DNA of 61,397 nt from Eledone cirrhosa (Eukaryota): contig CAXHJY010000325.1 in the NCBI GenBank assembly GCA_964016885.1, positions 1 through 61,397 of the forward strand, written 5' to 3'. How positions within the stretch are numbered: the first letter of the stretch is position 1; each line of letters opens with the position of its first letter. The notes beneath the pieces were generated by a model that saw only the letters and a list, made by a program, of their open reading frames with translations, made no database searches and was not told the origin of the DNA. Below are positions 16,689 to 30,405 of this stretch, in pieces. Both the position numbers and the translations under genes were made by a program.

Positions 16689-18230
16689 TACTTGGCATTT
16701 GTCGACCTTGAGAAAGCCTTTGACAGAGTTCCACGTGCTGTAATCTGGTGGGCTCTTAGAAAACTAGGAGTAGATGAATGGCTTGTGAAAGCGGTACAAG
16801 CCATGTATAGGGGAGCAGTCAGCAAAGTTAGGATTAGCAATGAGTATAGCGAGGAATTTAGCGTACAGGTTGGGGTCCACCAGGGCTCTGTTCTTAGCCC
16901 CCTCCTATTCATCATAGTCCTGCAGGCAATAACGGAGGAGTTTAAGACCGGATGCCCATGGGAACTCCTGTATGCTGATGACCTCGCACTTATAGCTGAA
17001 TCTATGGTAGAACTAGAGAAGAAATTCCAAACTTGGAAGCAGGGACTAGAAAGAAAGGGTCTCAAAGTCAACATGACAAAGACTAAGGTCCTTGTAAGTA
17101 GACGAGAAAACAGAACCCAGATCCCCTCAAGGAAATGGCCTTGCTCAGTATGTAGGAAAGGTGTAGGTAGGAATCCATTCTCTGCCCCAAATGCAAACAA
17201 TGGGTACACAAGAGATGTAGCGGGATCTCAGGAAGCTTAATTAAGAATGTAGGCTTCACATGCAGCAGCTGTGCTGGGACAGCAAGCAGCAAACAGCCAC
17301 AGGAAACAAGTACCACCAATCTCTGGGGGGGCTCTGTAGAAACAGTAGACAGCTTCTGCTACCTAGGTGACCGAATTAGCAGCGGAGGTGGGTGTTCAGA
17401 AAGTATAATAACTAGGGTAAGAACGGGATGGAAGAAGTTTAGGGAACTACTACCACTGCTAGCTGCAAAAGGCTTCTCCCTCAGAATGAAAGGCAGACTG
17501 TATGATGCGTGTATCCGAACATCAATGTTGCATGGTAGTGAGACCTGGGCGCTGAAGGTGGAAGACTTACGTAGATTAGAGAGAAACAAAGCCTGCATGC
17601 TCCGATGGATGTGTAACAGTAATATACGTGAACGACAAAGCATAAATGAATTGAGAGAGAGACTGATCATAAGAGGAATCAAATGCTGTGTGCAGGAGAG
17701 GCGGTTGCGCTGGTATGGACATGTGATGCGTATGAAGGATGACAGCTGCATAAAAAGGTGCAGAGCACTAGAAGTCGATGGAAACCGCGGAGTGGGGAGA
17801 CCCAAGATGACCTGGGATGATAAAAGCCGACCTTACCCAATTACACCTCTCAAAGGCAATGACACACGACCGTGAGCTCTGGCATCATGCAGTAATACAG
17901 AGTACCCGACCTCCCATGGGTACAAGCTGAAGCATATAGACAATATGCCCCCACACCGCAAGGTGGTCGTGGAGGTGCCACGGCAAAAAAAGCACCCAGC
18001 CCACACTGTAAAGTGGACGTGTAGGCGCCACGAAAAAGCACCCAGCACTCACTGTAAATGAGGTTAGTGTTAGGAAGGGGATCCAGCTGTAGAAATCAAG
18101 CCAAATCAGTTCCTGTATGAGCAAGGCATGGTCAGCCGACCAGACACTGCCCACAACAGGACAACCTGTCTAACCCATGCTAGCGTGGAAGAACGGACGT
18201 AAAATGGTGATGATGATGATGATGATGATG
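16583..18230 (+). mobile_element. 5'-truncated RTE-clade LINE, subfamily A, with 8-bp TSD
   Basis: RT motifs FVDLEKAFDRV, GVHQGSVLSPLLF and YADD. PHD-like Cys/His cluster with frameshift near 17180. Full 3' UTR and (ATG)n tail. TSD ATGACAGC at 16575-16582 and 18231-18238. Confidence 0.93.
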
Positions 18231-18389
18231 ATGACAGCAAGTATTGCCATTACTAAGGGTGGGTGATGTTTATTATGCTAGATGTAAGAAACTCAGACTG
18301 TCTTAAAAAGGTTCAAGCCATCTAGAATCATCTGTCTTTTCTCTTTAATTAATGTCAATAAAGTTACTACAAACTTTTAAACAAAGAGT

Positions 18390-19260
18390 TAAAAAATAAA
18401 CATTCACACAAATATAACCATATTACCTTTACAAATTGGATTTTGTGCAACAGATCACAATCATTATCAATTTATTGTTTGAGCTAAAAATGGATCTTCT
18501 ATACTAGCATTTCTCAACCTTTTTATCCTTGTAGAATCCTTGAAATAGTTTTCATGTCTCAGGGGACTGCATAAAAATTATTATATGCCATTATTAATAT
18601 CTATATGTATTAGCTTATTTATCATTGTTTCTTGTGAATTCAGTAGCAACTCTAGAGTTACAGGGAATACCGATTGAGAAACGCTGCTCTATTCTGTCGT
18701 TCAACTTACTAAAAATAGCAGCCAATCTTCAAATTATATTATACTTACTACCTTGAAATATTCACTCAACTATATCCAATTACTATTACAAATTGGAACT
18801 TGTGTCTAAGGTAGCAGTCACTAGTTTTTAGAGCTATAAAAGAACCTCTACACAGTCATTCCATCTACTGGAAATAGCAGCTTAAACACTCTCAAATTCC
18901 ACTATACTTACTATCTTAAAAAGTCCAAGCAACTACAACCAATCACCATAAAAATTGGAACTTGTGCCCAATGTAGCAATCATTACCAATTTATTAATTG
19001 GACTCAAAACAGAACCTATACAATCATTTAACCTACTGGAAATAGCAGCTGGATCTCCATCAACCACACCATGCTTAATCACTTAAAATATTCATGCAAC
19101 TACATCTAATCACTATAACAAATTTGGAGATGTACCAAAGGTAATAATCATTATTATGATAATCATCATTAATGAGCCAAAATGAGGACCTTGTATATAG
19201 TCAGTCAGCCTACTAGAACTAGCAGTGCAATCTCCCTCAAATCACACCCTTCCATATTAG
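18390..19260 (+). repeat. Old, diverged ~170-bp tandem array, ~4-5 units
   Basis: Recurring CTACTGGAAATAGCAGC ... CAACTA...CAAATTGGAACTTGTG blocks near 18400, 18700, 18865, 19030 and 19210. Confidence 0.65.
18505..18686. mobile_element. hAT (Charlie-like) MITE
   Basis: TIRs TAGCATTTCTCAA / TTGAGAAACGCTG. Degenerate 8-bp TSD TTCTATAC / CTCTATTC resembling the NTCTAGAN target. Confidence 0.7.
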
Positions 19261-19536
19261 AAAAGAAAGACACATTGGATAAAGTGGTACTAGATAAACT
19301 CTGCTTTGAACAAAGACAGGATTGTCATGGATGGGTAACTTTCAGCATAGCTCTACTCAACTCAATTAGGACTGGCTTGGGTTAAGTGACAATGTGGGGG
19401 AGAGATTAAAATATTGTAGATTTTATTTGATAATATAATCCTAGACACAATACCTGAACAAAAAAGATGGGATGGTCATAATTAAACAACAATCTGGAAC
19501 TATGCAACAGCATCATAATTATATTATTTACTTATG

Positions 19537-19886
19537 ACATAACATTACTCAAAAGAATGCGTAGCTAGATCAGATTTTCACTCCAAGTAGAGCAGTTACT
19601 TCTCCGAATTGAGAGATCACAGCTCCGATACTATGGGCATGTGGTTAGAATGTCTCAGGAAAGAATTGCTGGACAGATTTTATGGACAAAAGCAACTGGC
19701 AGGAGACCTAATGGTAGACCCCATGCAAGATGGTTGGATAACATCAATGAGCTTGGCTAGTGTTGCGCGGGATCCAGCCGGATCTGTTGGAGATGACTGC
19801 TTCTGACAGGACCTGCTGGAAGGAGTGTTTGAGGACTCTGGCCCCACGACCATCTCAGGAATAAGTGGGCGAAGAAGAAAAAGAAG
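19537..19886 (+). mobile_element. 3' fragment of RTE-clade LINE, subfamily C (Rex3/Expander-like), short (GAA)n tail
   Basis: Frame LLLRIERSQLRYYGHVVRMSQERIAGQILWTKATGRRPNGRPHARWLD. TSD ACTTATG at 19530-19536 and 19887-19893. Confidence 0.82.
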
Positions 19887-19899
19887 ACTTATGGAATTA

Positions 19900-20124
19900 C
19901 TGTATATCCTCAAATATAGGCCAAGGAAAATGTGGCAAAATAAATAAATAAATAAAAATAAAAATTGATGGTAAAAGGTGGGGAGGTCTTATATATGCCA
20001 TCTAAACAATGTGTTGATTAGCTGCCTTGGCTTATAAATAGGGTTTGGATTTTTGCCCATTTCTCAGACATAAAACGGAGGTGGTGGCATATATTTGATT
20101 CGTCATATATTCAAGTATATACTG
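19900..20124. mobile_element. pogo/Tc2-like MITE with TA TSD
   Basis: Left end TA|CTGTATATCCTCAAATATA and right end TATATTCAAGTATATACTG|TA form imperfect TIRs. Confidence 0.6.
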
Positions 20125-21699
20125 TATATTATATATTCAGTAATATTAATTTAAGAAATGTCCATGACAAATAAAAAAAATTATATTTTTCTTTATCTGA
20201 TCTATCAGGCCATTATATTTTTTTAATTCAGAAATCATGGAATATTTAACAAAAAGCAAGAACATTTAACTCTTGATTTCCTATAATCATTTAGCAGAGA
20301 ATATTTAAAAACGAATTTTTTAACTTAAATGTTTATAAAATATTTACTAGTCGACAGATTGCAGCGCAAATTTGTAATGTTGAAGTAAATACATTAATTT
20401 TTAGCATGTTGCAGTTATAGTGCACTTGTGTACTTTTCAAGAATGTCTTGCTAAAGCAGTTTCATGTCATACAGGATATTGAAAATTCAGAAAAAACACA
20501 CAAAATAAAACAATATCAAGACAAATAGCATTCTATTATAGAACATAGCATGGATTTGATTTTATGCCATAACAATTAATACGATTTCCTTGAAATGAAA
20601 TTTTTTTTACTATTGTTTTTTTGGGGGGGGGGGGTAGATTTATTTTTTCATTTATTTGTTTTTTTTAACTGGTCGGTTATGTGCCCCCCCCCCCCCCCCC
20701 CAGCTATCTTCACCAGGTCTATACACATTCTGAGATATCTTTTATTTATTATTTATTTATTTATTTAATTTTTCCTCTAACACTGCTAAAATAATCAATC
20801 TCCAGATGTTCAAAATCCAAGTATGTAACTAACCCCCCCCCCCCACCTCCTCCTTTCATCCAATGAATTTACTCTATGAGAAGAGAGGCAGACAACAGGT
20901 AAAAGAAAAATCTGTTGTAAAATGCTTGCTGATGAAACATGTACAAACAATTCAATACTTGCAAGCAGCAGAGACTATATTTTCTTTAGTAAAGAAAAGC
21001 AAACCGAAATGAATGAAAGAAATTGAAGAATAAAAGTTAAAAAAAAAAAAAACAAGTCAGAGAAAGAAAAAAAAAATGAAATAAAAGCAAGGAATGACTG
21101 TATCTGAAAGATGTTCTTTCTCAAAGTACTGAAACCTCTAAAAGTACAAATTATACAGTTTCAGTGGTGTTTTTGTTTTGTATTCTTATTTTTTATTTTT
21201 GACTTTAACGAAAATATAACTAAATTTAGCATTACTACTGGATAAAAATGTACACACTCTTTAACTGTTTTCATTCCACACTTGACACACCATAGCCAGC
21301 TGTTCATTTGAAACAAGACATAAAAGTCTACATGACATGTAGATGTGAGCATGTATACATACACACATCTATGCGCATATATATATATATTATATATATA
21401 TATAAATTTATACATGTGTGTGCATGCATATGTATAACATATGTATAACGGAGTTTTGAATAAACTTAAATCAACTGATTAATGCCTTCAACCGATCTTT
21501 TTAATAATACACACATATATATATGTATGTATGCGTGTGTGTGTGTGTATATGTTAGCGTGGAAGTTTGGCGTTAAACGATGTGTGTGTGTGTGTCTGTG
21601 TGTCTGTGTGTCTGTGTGTGTGTGTGTGTATTTCCTGTTAAATAATCAAACACAAAGCTAGCATAACAAGCTTCTGTCTTTAAAAACACATGTGTTGTA

Positions 21700-21732
<33 letters not shown>

Positions 21733-23486
21733 CTGCCTGTGCATATATTTATATTGAATAAATAGCATCAGATAATACATCAACAAACATTGAATGGATC
21801 ACAGCCCAACTTTATATACTCTGTCTGTGTGTGTGTGTGTATACATATACTCACACACATATGGATTACATTTATGAATATGTGTGTGTGTATATATATA
21901 TATATTCCCAACTCCATGAAACAACCTCAAAATCAATAAAAATACATAAAATGGAGAAAAGTAAACAGGCAGAAATTGATTTTTTTCCCCTCTCTATTTT
22001 TAGTTTGTTTTATTTTGCCTAAGCTCCACTGATATATCATATATTATTTAAATAAATTATATACATATTCTTTTTAATTTCAAATTTTCCCAACATACAG
22101 GCCAAACTATATATTTTACATTAATAAAAAATAAATCATACAAGCCAAATAGAAAATTAAGCAAGGTTTTCCTCTGCACTAAATTTAAGGAGTACATGAA
22201 CAACCACCTAACCAGGTCAATTTGACATGACTATCAATAAAACCAAATAGGCAGCAGAGACGTTTCCGTCTCTCAGGTACTCTCAGGAGCAATAAATATA
22301 TTCTGATTGAAATACTAACTAAACCACAGGATATTGCAGTTGTCAGCATAAAAGAACCATATCATTCAAACGTATAAAGCACATGCACACATATACACAC
22401 ATGTGTGTGTATGTATGTACATATGTGTGTACATATATATATATGTATGATATATCCCATCCAATCCCTGGAAAGGCAGATGCAATATGATGCCAATATC
22501 TATCTCTCTCTATATGCCCTTCCTAACAAACTATTTTGCAAAATATACTGAGTTCATTTCATCATAGCACCAACACTAGAGAACATTTCAGTTTGTTCAC
22601 TTAAGATGTTATATTTCTGAGTAGAAAATATTTTTTTAAAAGTATCCTCGTTTATCAAGGAACTGGAAATAGTTATTATTAAACAGCTGAGAATTAAATA
22701 ATGCGGGCAAATAAAATTTGGAAAAAAAGGTTTGCTTAAAGACAAATGTTTGTGTGTATAATTTTCCCTTAAAATCAGTGATTCAAAGAAAAATTGTCTT
22801 ATTTATATTAAGTTTGTGAGGATAAAATGATTTATGCAGAATAAAATAACTATTCATCATAGAATTTGAAAATTTCAAAGTAAAGTGCATATTTAGTAGC
22901 AAAATGTAATAATAAATCAAATAGTATTCTATTATTAGACAGATGGAAATAAAAAAGACAACTAAACATTTGAGAGAAATTACTAAAAAGAAAAACTAAA
23001 CAAAAATGTTGTTATTGACATTGTTTCAAGAAAGAGGTGGGTAAGGGAGAAATAGAGTAATCCCACTGACAAGTTAAAATGACCAAGCTCTAGTTTCTCT
23101 TGTATATAGATAGATGTGAAAAAAAGTTACTGAAAAAAGAAAGTAAGAAAATAAATTGAGGTCTATGAAATGATGAGATAAAGTCTGATGCAAAGTACAG
23201 TTTTATTACAAGTTCACACAAATTGGATAGAAAACAGGCACAAGAAATATTTGGTGAGAAAAAATAAAAATAAAAAATACATAAAAGATAATTATTTTCC
23301 AGTGATAAATGATTTATGGGAAGCTTTAAACAGATCTGTAGTTCTTTTTTGTTCTTCAGAGCAGTATTCTATTTTTCTATAACCAGAAGCATTATCATTG
23401 TTATGCCAATAGTATAAAAGAAAATATAACATACTGCATTTCAACATAACTGAAATAAGGTTTTGTTACTTTATAAATTATATAAA

Positions 23487-23641
23487 GGTGCAGGCATAGC
23501 TGTGTAGTTAAGGAGTTCACTTCATAAACATGATTTCTGGTTCACACCCACTGTATGGCACCTTGGGCAAATATCTACTACAGCTACAGGTTGATTAAGA
23601 CTTTGTGAGTGAAATTTGGTAGACAGAAACTACAGATGCTC
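23487..23641 (+). mobile_element. Decayed tRNA-derived CORE-type SINE (second family)
   Basis: A-box-like TAGCTGTGTAGTTAAG, B-box-like GGTTCACACCC, and CACCTTGGGCAA core. Related fragments near 13635-13697 (-) and 49878-49985. Confidence 0.6.
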
Positions 23642-23800
23642 ATAGTGAATATGTTTGATCATTATCATTTTACATCTGCTTTTCCCTGCTTGCAAGGGTG
23701 GGACAGGTCCTATTCAGCACAGCATCTCTCCATATATATATATATATGTGTGTGCATGTGTGTGTGTTGTCTCTGGTTGAGATGAAACGAGACTGTATTT

Positions 23801-24398
23801 GAATTCATAGAAAAAGGAGAAAACTCAATGCAAGAACAGCTGTTAAAACAGCTAAATGCTGTCAATGACAGTGATGGGCAAAAGTGCCTCAGAGGACAGA
23901 GATCAGCACCCAGTGGTCGGCAGAGAGACAATCCATGGAGTGGGAGACAGGCAGATGAAATATAGAAAAGATTGAGAGAGGAATAGAACAAAAAGGGATT
24001 AGCACATAGAAGTGACTGAAAGAAGGAAATAAAGAAAAGCAATGTACAAGACAAGCTGACGCACACATCTTCACCCTCATCAGCTCCCAGACCAGCAAAA
24101 TAGTTTTGCACAATTTAATTGAGAGTAGCATTTTAAAATGTTGGATTGTACAACAAAAAAAAAAAAATCTGCTAGTATGATGTGTGTGTGATAAAACAAA
24201 CAGAACAGATAGGCAAAAATGAGGTTGAAGATGTATGTGTGAACTTGACATATATTTCATCTGCCTGTCACCCATCTCGTGGATTGTATCTCTACTGACC
24301 ACTCATCTCTGAGGCATTTTTGCCCATCACTGTCATTGACAATATTTAGCTGTTTTAACAGCTGTTCTAGCATTGAGTTTTCTCATTTTTCTGTATTC
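23801..24398. mobile_element. ~600-bp foldback element / MITE with ~150-160-bp inverted arms
   Basis: 23801-23964 is the diverged reverse complement of 24251-24398, with one ~15-nt indel. Confidence 0.75.
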
Positions 24399-25299
24399 TA
24401 TATATATTAATAATATAATAGGAATGAATCAAAGTTGTAGCTGCAATAATGTGTGTGTGTGTGTAGGTGTGTCCCCCATATTTGTGTTTATATCCCATAA
24501 CTTAGCAGTTCAACATAAAGAGATTGAAATACCAAACATGAAAAAATAAGTACTGGGGGTTGTATGGTTGACTACCAGCATGGCTGCAGTCCAATAACTG
24601 AAGCTATTAAAAAGAATAAAAATATATATACATATATATATATATATGTGCGCGTGTGTGTTGTGTGTTTTAAGGTGTAGTTCTTTTAACAAACTTAGAG
24701 CGTGATTGAACAGCTTTTTCAAATTACCTAGCATTACCTCAAGGCTGGCAGTAACAATAAACTATTTTTCAGTGGATTTTTCAATGAATTGTTCATTAAC
24801 AGCAGTTTGAATTTTTTTTTAGTTCTACGTTCTCACTTTATAAAAGATAGCAAACATTTGTTACAATAGCAAGCAGGTTAAACTAATAATCAGCTTTATA
24901 TATTTTCAGTATCATTAAGTTCAAGGGAAGAAGGCAGGATAAGAATTCTTTTTATAACCTACAGCTCCCTATGTAAACGAAGATTAAGCTGCTTTAGAAC
25001 TTTCAAATGTTAGTTAATTACTGTTTCAATGACATTTCAACACCCACAGGTTAATGCTTCTGACATCACAAATTTCCTTATTTTAAAGTACACAATAGTT
25101 AAAAACTACAGGATTTGTATGTTTTTCCAAAAGAAGAAATAGATAAGACAATTTTTTAAACACAATATTGAAAATTGCATGCCAATTCCTATCTAGTGCA
25201 TTTCAATTTTTAGCTAAGTTTGCTACAAGCAATTTGATCAAAATACAAGACTCGCTTTACCAGAATGAGTTCAACTTCTATAAAATTTGTTTGCCTTTA

Positions 25300-25660
25300 A
25301 GCAAAGTGCAATAGAATACTGCTCCCGTATCTGGGACCCTGTTGGGGATACACATACACACATCTTAGACTGCATCTCCATGCCACCCAAGAAGAGACCA
25401 CCTGGATGATGGGTATGAAGGTGTTAGCTAACACACTTTCTGCCTCTGGTTCACAGACACTATTTTCTTTCTTTGCCTTTTCTACAGCCACGACTGTGGT
25501 CACTGCTCATTAAAATCGACAATGTTCACAGCTACTGCCGATATACCTGTCTCTCATATTCTGTTCTTGCTTTACGATTAGTCATTCCTCTGGGTGGCCT
25601 TCCCATGTCAATTTACTATTGTTCAAGAAGAATATAAGCTATGTTGATCTCGCTAGTTTT
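25300..25660 (+). mobile_element. Highly decayed LINE 3' ORF remnant (CR1/Jockey-group-like)
   Basis: Broken frames IEYCSRIWDP and LFFLCLFYSHDCGHCS resemble the EYCSxIW and SLFYRYxxGxCS post-RT motifs. Confidence 0.5.
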
Positions 25661-26095
25661 GAAGGGCTTGTGAAGACCATGTATTTTAGTTTGGGATATT
25701 ATAAGTAATATTAACATGGATGTCAAGATGTTTTAAGATAATTTAGCCTCTACTAGATTCCATGATGTACATTCCAACTAGATGTTAGATTAAAAGAATT
25801 ACATGTTTACATGTCATCAAATCTGACCATTCTAGACACCACAGATACCTATAGTGTGACATTGTGTGACAAGTTTGTCTATGTGCATGATGATAATGAT
25901 GATGATGTGCGTGATATATATATGTGTGAGTTATATATAAACATGTATATATATGTGTGTGTGCGTGCACGTGTGTTGGACCTCCATCAGTTCTGACAGC
26001 AAGTGTTCAAGCTCTGAATACCTGAACAGCATTCTTGTGAAATTAACATGCAAGTGGTTGAGCACTCACTAGACATGTGTATGCTTAATGTATAC

Positions 26096-26127
<32 letters not shown>

Positions 26128-26410
26128 GCTTACAGCGCTTAGTTAAAATGTTCTTGTAAATTAATATAACCAGAAGAGATACTGTTTTTCAACTACATGT
26201 ACAAATGTACCATGGCAACAGTCTCTAACATTTCAAACACATTTGAAAGAAGATAAGTTATCCTTTTGATAACAACTTGCCAAAAACTACCTCTGGTTCT
26301 GTGGAACAAAACCATCCAATTAAGAGATTTCTACTTAAATTAAAATCTTCTGTCATAATTTTATATAAAAATAACATCTTAATAATCAAAATAATTTTAG
26401 TAGATTACTT

Positions 26411-26640
26411 GTTGAGTGTGAGGTTAGAATGTCTCAGGAAAGAATCGCTGGACAGATTTTACAGGCAAAAACCAACTGGCAAGAGACCCAGGGGTAGACC
26501 CTGAGCAAGATGGTTAGATAACAATCCATGAGCTTGGAGATCCAACCAGATCAGTTGGAGATGGTTGCTTCTGACAGGACTCTCTGGAGGGAGTGTTTTA
26601 GGACTCAGCTCCTGTGACCCTCTCGGGAATAAGTGGAAGA
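26411..26640 (+). mobile_element. 3' fragment of RTE subfamily C
   Basis: Aligns with 19640-19875; frame [31 protein letters not shown]. Confidence 0.82.
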
Positions 26641-27604
26641 AGAAGGAAAGAAGAAGAAGAAGAAGGAAAGAAGGAAAGAAGAAGAAGAAGGAAAGAAGAA
26701 GGAAAGAAGAAGAAGAAGGAAAGAAGAAGAAGAAGGAAAGAAGAAGAAGGAAAGAAGAAGGAAAGAAGAAGAAGGAAAGAAGAAGAAGAAGGAAAGAAGA
26801 AGAAGAATGAAAGAAGAAGAAGGAAAGAAGAAGAAGAAGAAGAAGGAAAGAAGGAAAGAAGAAGAAGGAAAGAAGAAGAAGAAGGAAAGAAGAAGAAGAA
26901 GGAAAGGAGAAGGAAAGAAGAAGGAAAGAAGAAGAAGGAAAGAAGAAGAAGGAAAGAAGAAGGAAAGAAGAAAGAAGAAGAAGGAAAGAAGAAGAATGAA
27001 AGAAGAAGAATGAAAGAAGAAGAAGGAAAGAAGAAGAAGAAGAAGGAAAGAAGGAAAGAAGAAGAAGGAAAGAAGAAGAAGAAGGAAAGAAGAAGAAGAA
27101 GGAAAGGAGAAGGAAAGAAGAAGGAAAGAAGAAGAAGGAAAGAAGAAGAAGGAAAGAAGAAGGAAAGAAGAAAGAAAGAAGAAGGAAAGAAGGAAAGAAG
27201 GAAAGAAGAAGAAGAAAAGAAGTAAAAGAAGAAAAAGAAGAAAAGAAGTAAAAGAAGAACAAGAAAAAGAAGAAGAAAAGAAGAAAAGAAGAAGAAAAAG
27301 AAGAAGAAAAGAAGAAAAGAAGGAAAGAAGACGGAAAGAAGAAGAAGAAGAAGGAAAGAAGAAGAAGGAAAGAAGAGAAGAAGAAAAGAAAAGAAGAGAA
27401 GAAGAAAAGAAAAGAAGAAGAAGAAAAAGAAGGAAAGAAGAAGGAAAGAAGGAAAGAAGAAGAAGAAGGAAAGAAGAAGAAGAAGAAGGAAAGAAGAAGA
27501 CGAAGAAGGAAAGAAGAAGAGAAGAAGAAAGGAAGAAAAGAAGAAAAGAAGAAAAGAAGAAGAAAAGAAAAAAATGAAGAAAAAAGAAAAAGAAGAAGAA
27601 GAAG
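26637..27604 (+). repeat. ~970-bp polypurine (GAA)n/GGAAA tract, the expanded LINE tail
   Basis: Almost entirely A/G, starting exactly at the LINE 3' end. Confidence 0.95.
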
Positions 27605-30405
27605 GCCAAGTTCTTCATTAATTATTCCAAATATAGTGTATTTTATCAGAAATATGGTAATAAAAGGGTTAAACAATACCCTTTGTCTCTCTCTTTTTCC
27701 TCATGCACACTTGTAGGTTATTTTAACAACAATCAACATTTTTTTCAAAACTGAATTGAATATATTGTTTTCATTCTTGTTTTCCTTAAACAAGTTGTTA
27801 AAACATCATCAGTGAAGTAATGGAATTGTAAATGTATTTATCATTGGATTAGAAATAGAACAGAAATGCCGAAACAAAATAATAATAATAATATATAGGT
27901 AAAATAAAAGCCTAGAGTAAAAGAACTACAAACTGCAGTATTCCTTAACTTGCTGAAAGTGTTCTAAACTCTTTGCACACCTGAGAAGAAATGGGATGTT
28001 TCATTTGATATTTGGAGTAGGTAAGGTGAGGTGAGTGAGGGAGAGAGAGAGAGTGGAAAACAAAAGTTCTCTCCCTCTCTCTAGAGAGAGAGAGGGGTGT
28101 GTGTATAGAGAGAGAGAGAAAGAGAAATAAAGAGAAAGAGAGAGAGAGACAGAGAGACACACACACACACACAGACAGAAAACAAAAATCAACAAAAACA
28201 CAGCCATCCACATCTGTCAGATTTAGTAAGAGGTTATAAATTTAATCTACTAAAGAGTCTGAGAAGGAAGTTCCTTCAGATCTTACGCAACAGTAAAATA
28301 TATGAGCCAAAGAGTTTCCACCACCAATGTTAAATGGTGGGTAGGTAAGTAGGTTTAAAAACGTACACCAATGCTATTTCTCCAACAAATGAAATAAATG
28401 AAAGAATTAATACTCAAATGCAAACCAAGAATGAACTGACTTCTGCTATTCCAAATTCTGGCTGCTGCCCAAACAATAAGCCTATAAAGTAATAAGACAT
28501 TTTTGCGTGTGTGTGTGTGGGGGGGGGGGGGGTATCTTTTTTTTGTTGTTGATGTGTTTTTTGTTTGTTTTTCATGTAAGAACATTGGGTTTTCTTTGAG
28601 ACTTCTGTTATATCTTAGATGTGAACATAATGAGATCTCAGTAAATAGCTATCCTAGAATCAGCTATCTCAGAACCTTGGCTCCATATGCAGTGCTTCAA
28701 ACCAATTATATTACTCTCACTTCTCAAAATTATTTCCGCTATTATAAATTTTGTTCAGATGAGGCAATATCTGTAACTTATTAAAAATGTTTGACCGTGA
28801 ATAAATTATTTGAGAAATAAGGAAGTATATATGATAGAATTTATTCCACTATACACTAACTGATGCTAATTTTATCCAACCAAAATAAATATTAAAATAT
28901 ACTTCCTCAATAATTTAACTCAGAGATACAAAAACACAAAACTGAGCAATTCTAAGTACAAATGGCATCAGCCAACACTGACCTCACAATCCTGAAATCT
29001 ATTGAATACTGGAAAGTAACATGGCACTATTTCTTGTTTCTTTATTTTCTGTGCTAAGTTTATCATTGATATCAAACAAATTAAGAACAGTTTCAACCAC
29101 AAATCAAATGACTTGCTTTCTTCACTGTAGGTGAAACCTAACAAGATGAGTTGTATTTGTTCAGCAGAGTGAGTAACATTAATTCACTAGAAACCTTTCA
29201 GCATTCCTCAGCCATTTAATGCTTTCTTTATCATATTTCAAATGACAAGCACTGCCTATCATTTTCAAATAATATAACTTTCACATTATTAAACTGCCAT
29301 TTTGCAACATAAAATTTCTTACATAGAATTATGATGAAAGATTTTTAGATAAATATTAAGGTTATAAAACAAATAGTTTTGTATTGTAGAACCAGTGCAA
29401 TTTCGGGCAACTTGGTAGCAAAAGAGTTCAATAAAGAAAGAGCCCTTGTAATCATTGTTTCTACTTTTGGCACAAGGCTAGCAATTGCCCAGTAATTTTG
29501 CCCTTGTAATAATATCCAAATTTTAGAACAGCTTCCATCTATCAAATCAGGCAACACATGGATGGTTATGTTTTTCCAAAGATATCTAATGAAATTATGT
29601 GCTTGGGGTTATCCCCATGTCTGTTAAAGATGAGATCATTTATCCCCTAATCCCAGTGCCCATTCCCTGTTTTAATCAATTGGGATTTTGATGAGTCAAT
29701 CCATCCCCATCCACCATTTTTGGAAATTTTGAGTTGTTCTTGCATTAACTATTCATTGCAATAGTTATGAATTAGAAAAAAAATAGCAATTTACGAACTA
29801 TTGTTGAGAAAAGAAAACTTGTTTAAAATATTAATAGTTGATAAAATAGGTGTTTTATAATTCGAATATAATTCACAGAGAAGCAGAGATATTAAAATTA
29901 ATTAAATTTCTTTCTTTGGGTGATATATCATTTGAACATCTTCAAAGTTATAGTTAAGATATCTCAAGGATCATTTTAAGATAAGCAAAAATGAAGTATT
30001 GTTGATCTTAAAGCACATTTCTAAACACACCTGCAAAGTATTAGATCATAAATTCATATGTTGTACAAAAGATAACTCACCTTGCATATTATGATAAAAA
30101 TACTATTCTAATCAGTTAAATATAATTTTAAAATGTAATTCTAGCTTCCATATATCTGATGTTTCTCATTTACTCAAACTATATTTGCATTTTAGTTTAT
30201 TTTATTCATCTATTTTTTAATATTACTATAAGATTCTCATGGAAGTTTAGTTTGATAAATTAAAAGCTTATGATGAAAAAATAATCAAGAATTGTAAATT
30301 GTAATATTGAGTTAGATTATTTACAATGGTGGTTGTGATATTCCATATCACCTGTGTAATGAAAGAGGGCCATTGATCAATCCATATTCTATCTGTCCAC
30401 CTTAA

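Larger units (their letters stand above)
26262..27668 (-). mobile_element. TTAA piggyBac-like MITE family B, split by an RTE insertion
   Basis: Ends TTAT|CCTTTTGATAACAAC and GAAATATGGTAATAAAAGGG|TTAA match, in reverse, the termini of 52691-53146. Confidence 0.6.

Noticed and set aside
26459-27676. K/E/R-rich and F/S/L-rich ORFs
   Set aside because: Translations of the GAA tract
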